From positions 32,001 to 96,000 of the forward strand of contig CAVWWD010000005.1 in NCBI GenBank assembly GCA_963758635.1: DNA of 64,000 nt, read 5' to 3'. Positions 51,128 to 58,825 of the stretch are shown piece after piece. This stretch comes from an uncultured Candidatus Rokubacteria bacterium. Its GTDB lineage: Bacteria; Methylomirabilota; Methylomirabilia; Rokubacteriales; CSP1-6. The notes under the pieces are model-generated. The model made no database searches and had not been told where the DNA came from. It saw only the letters and a list, made by a program, of their open reading frames with translations. Position numbers and translations under genes: made by a program. The first letter of the stretch is position 1; each line of letters opens with the position of its first letter.

Positions 51128-52462
51128 ATGCCCACGCGCGAGGAGATCAAGAAGAGCGTCTGCGAGGCCATCGACCGCCGCGCCGAGCAGATCGTCGCCA
51201 TCGGCGAGACCATCCGCAAGAGCCCCGAGCTGGGCTTCAAGGAGTTCAAGACCGCGCGCGTGGTGGAGGAGACCCTCTCGAGCCTCGGCCTGTCTCCGAA
51301 GACCGGCCTCGCCGTCACCGGCGTGCGGGCCGACGCCCGCGGCGCCGCCGACGGGCCCACCTTCGCGATGCTGGGCGAGCTGGACGGCCTGGTCGTGGCC
51401 GGCCATCCGGTGGCCGATCCCGCGACCGGCGCGGCCCACGCGTGCGGGCACAACGCGCAGGTGGCGGGGATGCTCGGCGCCGCCATGGGCCTGGTGGACG
51501 CCAAGGCGCTCGGCCACCTCGCCGGCCGCGTGGTGTTCTTCGCGGTGCCGGCCGAGGAGTACGGCGACGTCGCGTGGCGCGTCAACGAGGCCCGGGCGGG
51601 ACGGCTCGAGTTCCTGGGCGGCAAGCCCGAGCTGCTGCGTCTCGGCCACTTCGACGACGTGGACCTCGCCATGATGATCCACACCACGCCGCAGCCGGAG
51701 ATGAAGAAGGCCGGGATCTCCGCCTCCAACAACGGCTGCATCGTGAAGACCGTGCGCTACATCGGCCGCGCCGCGCACGCCGGCGGGGCGCCGCACATGG
51801 GCGTCAACGCGCTCTACGCCGCGCAGATCGGGCTCGCCGCCATCAACGCCATCCGCGAGACGTTCCGTGACGAGGACCACATCCGCGTCCACCCGATCAT
51901 CACCCACGGCGGCAGCCAGGTGAACGTGATCCCCGCCGACGTGCGCATCGAGACGTACGTGCGGGGCAAGACGGTGGAGGCGATCCTCGACGCGCACGTG
52001 CGCGTGGACCGCGCGCTCAAGGCCGGCGCGCTCGCGCTGGGCGCCACCGTGGAGATCGAGACCCTGCCCGGGTACCTACCGCTCTTCAACCACGAGGGGA
52101 TGGCCCGGCACTTCAAGGTCAACGCGCACGCCCTCCTCGGGGCCGACAACGTCACCGAGGCCGGCCATCGGAGCGGCTCCACCGACATGGGCGACATCTC
52201 CCACGTGATGCCGACGCTGCATCCCTACATGGGCGGCGCCACCGGCTCCGGCCACGGGGCGGACTACGCCATCGTGGATCAGCGCCTGGCCTACGTGGAG
52301 CCGGCCAAGCAGCTCGCCCTGATGGCGGTGGACCTCCTGTGGGGCGACGCCGCCGCTGCGAAGGAGCTTCTGAGGTCCTGGAAGCCGCGGCTCACCAAGG
52401 AGCAGTACCTCTCGTTCCAGCGCGGCATCGGCAAGACCGAGCGCTTCGACGGCGCCAAGTAG
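51128..52462 (+). CDS. M20-family amidohydrolase
   Basis: PELGFKEFKT, GELD, HACGHNAQ, PAEE, GRAAHAG, GSTDMGD. Confidence 0.9.
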   Translation: MPTREEIKKSVCEAIDRRAEQIVAIGETIRKSPELGFKEFKTARVVEETLSSLGLSPKTGLAVTGVRADARGAADGPTFAMLGELDGLVVAGHPVADPATGAAHACGHNAQVAGMLGAAMGLVDAKALGHLAGRVVFFAVPAEEYGDVAWRVNEARAGRLEFLGGKPELLRLGHFDDVDLAMMIHTTPQPEMKKAGISASNNGCIVKTVRYIGRAAHAGGAPHMGVNALYAAQIGLAAINAIRETFRDEDHIRVHPIITHGGSQVNVIPADVRIETYVRGKTVEAILDAHVRVDRALKAGALALGATVEIETLPGYLPLFNHEGMARHFKVNAHALLGADNVTEAGHRSGSTDMGDISHVMPTLHPYMGGATGSGHGADYAIVDQRLAYVEPAKQLALMAVDLLWGDAAAAKELLRSWKPRLTKEQYLSFQRGIGKTERFDGAK

Positions 52463-52522
52463 TCAGGGGCCGCTCGGCCCCGCGGCGACGCGCCGGCCCA
52501 CCATGGCTCGTGCGCGAACGCG

Positions 52523-54232
52523 TCAGGGCGCCGGCGGCCGGGCGGCCAGGACCGAGAAGTCCCGCGACCCGAGGCGGTCGCGCCAGAGACGGCGGAGCGG
52601 CGCCGTGTCCTGCTCGCGCGCCTCCGCCTCGTCCGCGACGAGAGCGACCAGGCCGGGGTGGGCGGCGACGAGCCGGGCGAGCTCGGCGCCCTTCTGCACC
52701 TGGATGACCGGCCGCTCCAGGTAAAAGCTGAGCGCGAGCCCGTGCACGCCCCACGCGACCAGCGGCTCGGCGCCAGGTAGCCGGCGCTCCATCTCGGCGC
52801 GCACCCGCGGGTAGTCGTTGGCCGCGTTGTAGCGCTCGAGATCCCAGTGGTGGGCCGCCACCACGAGCACCGCGCTCGCCACCCACGCCGCCACGAACGG
52901 CCCCGGCCAGCGCCGGCCGCGCATCCCCACGACGAGCGCGCCCAGCATGACGGCGAGCGAGGCGCCGAGCACCGCCAGCTCGAGCCTGGTCGCCGGCAGC
53001 TCCGCCTCGGTGGGCCAGCGGCCCAGCGCGGCGATGGTCAGCGCGACCGCGAGCGCCACCGCCCCGGCCCCCGCGTAGACCAGCGAGAGGAGCCGCCCGC
53101 TGGGGCGCACCGCCGAGCCTTGTTTCCACGGCATTTCCATATCCGCTCGCCTCGCCTTCGGCTGCGGCTCGCCCTGCTGTTTCCACGGCATTTCCATATC
53201 CGCTCGCCTCGCCTTCGGCTGCGGCTCGCCCTGCCATCCGAACCACCAGCCGATCAGGAGCGCGGCGATCGGGCCCAGCGGCACGTAGTAGCGGTACCGC
53301 TGCGCCTGCGACAGCGCGAGGGCGAGGAACAGCAGGCCGAGGCTCGCCAGCACGAAGCCCAGCGCGCGTGACTCGGGAGCGCGCTCGCGCCGGGCCGCGA
53401 TGGCCTGGGCGAGGGCGGCGGGGAGCGCGATGACCCACGGGTAGAGGCTGCCGAGCGCGTGCTGGAACGGCATCGTCAGCGTCGAGAGCCGAAGCCGCCG
53501 GGGCACGTACCAGAAGAGCTGGTTCCACACGAACACGTCGCTGGTCGCGGAGGCGTCCGACGAAAGGCCGAGGAGCCACCACGGGATCACGAGGACGGCC
53601 ACGAGGACCGCGCCACGCGCCAGCCGGAGGCGCCGCCCCGCGCCGACGAAGCCGGGGAGCCACGGGAGGATCGCCGCGACGAGCAGCGGGAGGAGCCCGG
53701 CCGGCCCCTTGACCCAGAACCCCGCGCCGACCAGGACGTAGAACGCGACCCAGTGGCGAGTGGCGCCCCCGTCCACGATCTCCCACAGCATCCACAGGCT
53801 CGCCAGGACGAAGGCGGTGAGCAGCATGTCGGGCAGCGGGATGCGGGCGTGGACGTAGATGCCCTGCGTGGTCAGGGCGACGAGCGCGGCCAGCACCCCC
53901 GCCCGCGGACCGAACAGGCGCGCGCCCAGCCGCCACACGCAGAGCGCGGTGGCCACCGCCGCCGCCGCCGAGGGCAGCACGGCGGTGAGCTGCGTGACGC
54001 GCCCCGCCGGCCACGACACCACCGCGACGAGCCACGCGAGGAGCAGCGGCTTGTTCCGGTAGGTGCGCCCGCCGATCTCGGGGAAGAGGAGGTTGCCCTG
54101 GTCGAGCAGGGCCTGTCCGAGGACGGCGAAGCGGGCCTCGTCGTTGTTCCCGAGGATGCGGCGGCCGAGGTCGATGGCCACGAGGACCAGCGCGGCCAGC
54201 AGCACGAGGAGGAGATCGCGACGGCTCCGCAC
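52523..54232 (-). CDS. ArnT/PMT-like GT-C membrane glycosyltransferase
   Basis: DEARF, NKPLL, PDMLLTAF, VKGPAG, many TM helices, RYYVPL. Confidence 0.85.
   Translation of the reverse strand: MRSRRDLLLVLLAALVLVAIDLGRRILGNNDEARFAVLGQALLDQGNLLFPEIGGRTYRNKPLLLAWLVAVVSWPAGRVTQLTAVLPSAAAAVATALCVWRLGARLFGPRAGVLAALVALTTQGIYVHARIPLPDMLLTAFVLASLWMLWEIVDGGATRHWVAFYVLVGAGFWVKGPAGLLPLLVAAILPWLPGFVGAGRRLRLARGAVLVAVLVIPWWLLGLSSDASATSDVFVWNQLFWYVPRRLRLSTLTMPFQHALGSLYPWVIALPAALAQAIAARRERAPESRALGFVLASLGLLFLALALSQAQRYRYYVPLGPIAALLIGWWFGWQGEPQPKARRADMEMPWKQQGEPQPKARRADMEMPWKQGSAVRPSGRLLSLVYAGAGAVALAVALTIAALGRWPTEAELPATRLELAVLGASLAVMLGALVVGMRGRRWPGPFVAAWVASAVLVVAAHHWDLERYNAANDYPRVRAEMERRLPGAEPLVAWGVHGLALSFYLERPVIQVQKGAELARLVAAHPGLVALVADEAEAREQDTAPLRRLWRDRLGSRDFSVLAARPPAP
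53121..53234 (+). repeat. Perfect 57-bp tandem duplicate of repeat family B, in frame within the ArnT-like gene
   Basis: TGTTTCCACGGCATTTCCATATCCGCTCGCCTCGCCTTCGGCTGCGGCTCGCCCTGC x2, encoding QGEPQPKARRADMEMPWKQ x2. Confidence 0.95.
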
Positions 54233-54255
54233 CTCAGGTCACGGAGGGTTCACGG

Positions 54256-54308
54256 TGTGTTCCACTTCATTTCCATGTGCGCTCCGCTCGCCTGCGGCTC
54301 GCTTCGCC
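54256..54308 (+). repeat. Intergenic copy of repeat family B
   Basis: TGTGTTCCACTTCATTTCCATGTGCGCTCCGCTCGCCTGCGGCTCGCTTCGCC. Confidence 0.75.
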
Positions 54309-54422
54309 AGGCCACACGGCGCGAGGATAGCACGGGGGCGGGCGGGCCTTTGCCGTTCGGCCCGCGGCCATGATCTACTCACGTCGTCGGAACGCGGTTC
54401 CCGGGGAGGCGATTGAACGACG

Positions 54423-56108
54423 ATGGCGCTCGATCGGATCACGGTCTCGGTGGTGCAGTACCGGCTGGAGTCGATCGTCCAGGAGATGGGCGAGGCGATG
54501 CTCCGCACGGCCTACTCCCAGATCCTCAACTCGAGCCGCGACTTCTCGACCGCGGTGTTCGACCGCGACGGCCGGCTCGCCGCGCAGGCCGAGCACGTGC
54601 CGATCCACGTGGGCGCGCTACCGTGGGCGGTCGAGGCTGTGCGGGAGTTCTTCGCCGGACGGATCCGCCCGGGGGACCTCTACCTCCTCAACGACCCGTA
54701 TCACGGCGGCAACCACCTCCCCGACCTCACCGTGCTGCTGCCCGTGTTCGTGGGCGGCGAGCTCGTGTTCTGGTCGATCAACCGGGCCCACCAGAGCGAC
54801 ATCGGGGGCGCCACCCACGGCGCCTACAATCCGGCGGCGACCGAGATCTGGCAGGAGGGCGTGCGCATCCCGCCGCTCAAGCTCTGGGACGCGGGCGAGC
54901 TGCGGGACGACGTGCTCCACATGGTGGCCACGAACGTCCGGCAGCCGCGCGAGTTCCGGGGCGACCTCGCGGCGATGATCGGGTCGGCGCGGGTGGGGGA
55001 GCGCCGGCTGCTGAAGCTCGTGGAGGAGTACGGCGTCCCCACGACCATGGAGGCGGTGGGCGAGGTCCTGGACGGCGCCGAGCGCCAGGCGCGCGCCACG
55101 ATCCGGGAGTGGAAGGACGGCGTCTTCCGCGGGGAGTCGGTGCTGGACGACGACGGGCACGGCATCACCGACATCGCGATCCGCGCCACCGTGACCAAGC
55201 GCGGCGACAGCCTCGTCGTGGACCTCTCCGACTCCCACGACCAGGTGATCGGGTTCGTGAACTCCTCGTACCCCAACACGATCTCCGCCGTGCACATGGC
55301 CCTCGCGTACCTCCTCGATCCGCGCACGCCGAAGAACGAGGGCACGTTCCGCCCCGTGACGGTGAAGGCGCGCCAGGGCACCGTGGTGTGGCCGTTCCCG
55401 CCCGCGCCGGTCACGCTCGCCACCAACCACTGCGCGCAGGAGATCGCCGAGGCCATCATCAAGGCGCTGGCGCGGAGCTGCCCGGATCGCGCCATCGCGG
55501 GCTGGTCGCGGCGCTTCCGCATCGCCATCACCGGCACGAACCCGAGGAACCGGCGCCCGTTCATCTGGCACCTCTTCCACGCCCGCGGCGGCGGCGGCGC
55601 CTCTCCGGTCGGCGACGGGTGGGAGACGGCGGGCGAGGGGCAGGCGGCGGGCGGGATCAAGTTCGGGAGCGTGGAGGTCGCGGAGAACCGCTTCCCGCTC
55701 TTCTTCGAGCTCCACGAGTTCCGTCCCGGCTCCGCGGGCGACGGCCGGCACCGCGGCGGCGTGGGATCCGTCCTCAAGCTCCACATGGAGACGGACGCCC
55801 CCGCCCGCGGCAACACCGCGGGCGACGGCGTCCGCCACTCGGCCTACGGCCTCCTTGGGGCGGCGACGGCCTGCCCCACCGCTATCGCCTCGTCTCGAAG
55901 GGCCGGACGCGGGAGCTCAAGACCAAGGAGGTGGGCGTGCCCATCATGCCCGGCGACCACTTCATCGTCGAGTCGATGGGCGGCGGCGGCTGGGGCAACC
56001 CGCACCGCCGCGACCCCGCCGCCCGCCAGCGCGACCGCGAAAACGGCGTCGTCACCACCACCCCGCGCCGCGCGCCGCAAGAAGCCCCGCCGCGCCGGAG
56101 CCCGCTAG
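54423..56108 (+). CDS. hyuB: Hydantoinase B/oxoprolinase-family subunit (frameshift near 55860; stop is 56108 or 56440)
   Basis: EMGEAMLRTAYS, RDFS, NDPYHGGNHLPD, AHQSDIGG, QEG.RIPP; GGGGWGNP in the shifted frame. Confidence 0.88.
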   Translation: MALDRITVSVVQYRLESIVQEMGEAMLRTAYSQILNSSRDFSTAVFDRDGRLAAQAEHVPIHVGALPWAVEAVREFFAGRIRPGDLYLLNDPYHGGNHLPDLTVLLPVFVGGELVFWSINRAHQSDIGGATHGAYNPAATEIWQEGVRIPPLKLWDAGELRDDVLHMVATNVRQPREFRGDLAAMIGSARVGERRLLKLVEEYGVPTTMEAVGEVLDGAERQARATIREWKDGVFRGESVLDDDGHGITDIAIRATVTKRGDSLVVDLSDSHDQVIGFVNSSYPNTISAVHMALAYLLDPRTPKNEGTFRPVTVKARQGTVVWPFPPAPVTLATNHCAQEIAEAIIKALARSCPDRAIAGWSRRFRIAITGTNPRNRRPFIWHLFHARGGGGASPVGDGWETAGEGQAAGGIKFGSVEVAENRFPLFFELHEFRPGSAGDGRHRGGVGSVLKLHMETDAPARGNTAGDGVRHSAYGLLGAATACPTAIASSRRAGRGSSRPRRWACPSCPATTSSSSRWAAAAGATRTAATPPPASATAKTASSPPPRAARRKKPRRAGAR

Positions 56109-56130
56109 TGGAGCCGCCGGGCAGGCCAGA

Positions 56131-56221
56131 AGCATGGCAGAACGGCAGACCATGGCAGAACGGCAGCAGCATGGCAGAGCGGCAGAGCATGGCAGAACGG
56201 CAGAGCATGGCAGAGCGGGAG
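56131..56221 (+). repeat. Five tandem 18-bp units
   Basis: A(G/C)CATGGCAGA(A/G)CGGCAG x5 with one extra C at 56167; reads SMAERQ in one frame. Confidence 0.92.
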
Positions 56222-56246
56222 AACTGGCGGTCAACAGCGGGCCGGC

Positions 56247-56396
56247 CGGGGGCGGTGGGGAGGCACCTGGGGTCGCGGGGCCCTTCCCCTCCTTCGGTCG
56301 GCGGACCCCGCGCGCCCGGATGGAGCCCAGCTACAGCGGGGCAGCGCACGCGTGCGGCGTGGTTCCGCGACCCCAGGTGCCTCCCCGCCGCCCCCG
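56247..56396. mobile_element. MITE-like ~150-bp element with 32-bp terminal inverted repeats (family C, copy 1)
   Basis: CGGGGGCGGTGGGGAGGCACCTGGGGTCGCGG...CCGCGACCCCAGGTGCCTCCCCGCCGCCCCCG; second copy at 58602. Confidence 0.75.
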
Positions 56397-56441
56397 CCCG
56401 AGCGCGCATGCGCCCAGGGGCAACACAGGGAGCGCGCTGAG

Positions 56442-58541
56442 ATGCTGCGCATCGGCATCGACGTCGGCGGCACCTTCACCGACTTGGTCGCGGTGGACGC
56501 CAACGGCCGCGTCACGTTCGCCAAGGCGGCGTCGACGCCCGCCGACCCGTCGATCGGCGTGATGGACGGCCTGGAGGTACTCGCCGCCGCGCTCGGCACC
56601 GACACGCGCGCGCTCCTCGGCAACACCGAGCGCATCGTCCACGGCACCACGGTCGCCACCAACGCGCTGCTCGAGCGGAAGGGCGCGCGCGTCGGCCTCC
56701 TGACCACCGAGGGCCACCGCGACGTGATCGAGATGCGCGAGGGCCTGAAGGACGACCGCTACAACCTGCGCATGCCGCCGCCCGTGCCGCTCGTCCCTCG
56801 CGCGCTCCGCATCCCCGTGACGGAGCGGATGCGCTTCGACGGCCGGCGCGCCACCGCGCTCGACGCCCGCTCGCTGGCCTCGGCGGTGGAGCGCCTGCGG
56901 ACGGAGGGCGTGCAGAGCGTCGCCGTCTGCTATCTCCACTCGTACCGGGACGCGCGGCACGAGCAGGAGACGCGGCGGCTCCTCGCGCGCCGGCTGCCCG
57001 CCGCCTACATCTCGCTCTCGTCCGAGGTCCTTCCGCAGATCAAGGAGTACGAGCGCTTCGGCACGACGGTGGTGAACGCCTACGTCGGGCCCGCGCTCTC
57101 CGGCTACCTGCGCGCGCTGGCCGCGCGGCTCGAGCCCGCGGGCTTCGCCGGCGAGGTGCTGATCATGCAGTCGCACGGCGGCGTGGCCACCATCGACGAC
57201 TCCATCCGCCTCGCCGCCGGGGCGGTGCTCTCCGGGCCCGCGGGCGGGATCGCCGCCGGCCGCTGGGCCGCGCGCGTCGCCGATCTCTGGGGCGACGGAG
57301 CGCCCGGCAACCTGATCAGCTTCGACATGGGCGGCACGAGCACGGACATCGCGCTCCTGGAGAGCGGCGAGCCGCAGCTCACCGGCGACAAGTCGGTGGC
57401 GGGCAGCCGCGTGGCGCTCCCCAGCATCGACATCCACACGCTGGGCGCGGGCGGCGGGTCCATCGCCCACGTCGATGCCGGGGCGATCCTCCACGTGGGG
57501 CCGGAGAGCGCGGGCGCCGATCCCGGCCCCGCGTGCTACGGGCGCGGCGGCGCCGCGGCCACCGTCACCGACGCCAACGTCGTCCTGGGCTACCTCGACC
57601 CCGCGAACTTCCTCGGCGGCCGCGCGCGGCTCGACGCGGCCCGCGCCGAGCAGGCGGTGGCCCAGGTCGCGCGCGCCCTCGGCTCGTCGCTGCTCGCCGC
57701 CGCCGAGGGCGTGCATCGCGTGATCAACACCAACATGGCCGAGGGCATCCGGCTCGTGTCCGTCCGGCGGGGCGCGGACCCGCGACGCTTCGCCGTGCTC
57801 TCGTTCGGGGGCGCGGCCGGGCTCCACGTCACCGAGGTGGCCCGCATGCTCGAGATCGGCCGCGTGGTCGTGCCCCGCACCGCCGCCGTGCTATCGGCAT
57901 GGGGCATGCTCGCCACCGATCTCCGCTACGAGCTCGTGCGCACCTACTCGGGGCCGGCGCTGGACGGCGGGCCGGGGCCGGCCGCGTCCCGGGCCACGCG
58001 ACGGAACCGCGCCGCCACCGACTTGCGGCGGCTGTTCCAGGAGATGGAAGCCGAGGGCCGCGCCCGGCTCGGCGCCGCCCCGGCTGGCGAGGTCCGGATC
58101 CGGCGCTCGGTGGACATGCGCTACGGCGAGCAGGTGTTCGAGATCCAGGTGTCGCTCGATGGGCTCGACGTGGACGCCGCGGACCTCCTGGACCAGGTGG
58201 CGGCGCGCTTCCACCGGCGCCACGAGGAGCTCTACACCTATAGCTCGCCCGATCAGGACGTGGTGCTGGTCAACGCCCGCGTGGCGGTGATCGGCGTGCT
58301 GCCGGCGCTGCCCGTGGAGCCCGCGGTCACGGGCGAGGGCACGCTGGCCCCGCGGGGGAGCCGGCGCATCCACCTCGGCCGCTGGATCGAGGCGCCGGTG
58401 TACGACCTGGATGCCCTCCGCGCCGACCACGAGGTGAAGGGCCCGGGCATCTTCGAGTCGGCCACGACCACCGTGCTCATCCGGGAAGACGAGCGGGCGC
58501 GCGCCACCGCCCACGGTTGGCTGGACATCCGGCTCGGCTGA
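56442..58541 (+). CDS. hyuA: Hydantoinase A/oxoprolinase-family subunit
   Basis: GIDVGGTFTD, HGTTVATNALLE, SGPAGG, DMGGTSTD, GAGGGSIA, GPESAGADPGPACY. Confidence 0.93.
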   Translation: MLRIGIDVGGTFTDLVAVDANGRVTFAKAASTPADPSIGVMDGLEVLAAALGTDTRALLGNTERIVHGTTVATNALLERKGARVGLLTTEGHRDVIEMREGLKDDRYNLRMPPPVPLVPRALRIPVTERMRFDGRRATALDARSLASAVERLRTEGVQSVAVCYLHSYRDARHEQETRRLLARRLPAAYISLSSEVLPQIKEYERFGTTVVNAYVGPALSGYLRALAARLEPAGFAGEVLIMQSHGGVATIDDSIRLAAGAVLSGPAGGIAAGRWAARVADLWGDGAPGNLISFDMGGTSTDIALLESGEPQLTGDKSVAGSRVALPSIDIHTLGAGGGSIAHVDAGAILHVGPESAGADPGPACYGRGGAAATVTDANVVLGYLDPANFLGGRARLDAARAEQAVAQVARALGSSLLAAAEGVHRVINTNMAEGIRLVSVRRGADPRRFAVLSFGGAAGLHVTEVARMLEIGRVVVPRTAAVLSAWGMLATDLRYELVRTYSGPALDGGPGPAASRATRRNRAATDLRRLFQEMEAEGRARLGAAPAGEVRIRRSVDMRYGEQVFEIQVSLDGLDVDAADLLDQVAARFHRRHEELYTYSSPDQDVVLVNARVAVIGVLPALPVEPAVTGEGTLAPRGSRRIHLGRWIEAPVYDLDALRADHEVKGPGIFESATTTVLIREDERARATAHGWLDIRLG

Positions 58542-58601
58542 AGCCGCCGGCCGGCTCGACATCCGGCTCGACTGAGCGCACGGCAGCAACAGCGCGCTGC
58601 C

Positions 58602-58751
58602 CGGGGGCGGTGGGGAGGCACCTGGGGTCGAGGGGCCCTTCCCCTCAGTCGGGCATCGGACCCCGCGCGCCCGGATGGAGCCCAGTCACAGCGGGGCAGC
58701 GCACGCGTGCGGCGTGGTCCCGCGACCCCAGGTGCCTCCCCGCCGCCCCCG
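58602..58751. mobile_element. MITE-like element family C, copy 2
   Basis: Near-identical to 56247-56396, same orientation; shared flanks CAACAGCG and CCCGAGCGCGCA. Confidence 0.75.
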
Positions 58752-58825
58752 CCCGAGCGCGCACTTGCCCAGGGCCACCGAAGGAGCCCGTTGCTCGATA
58801 GCCGGCCCGGTAAGCGCGCGGCGCG

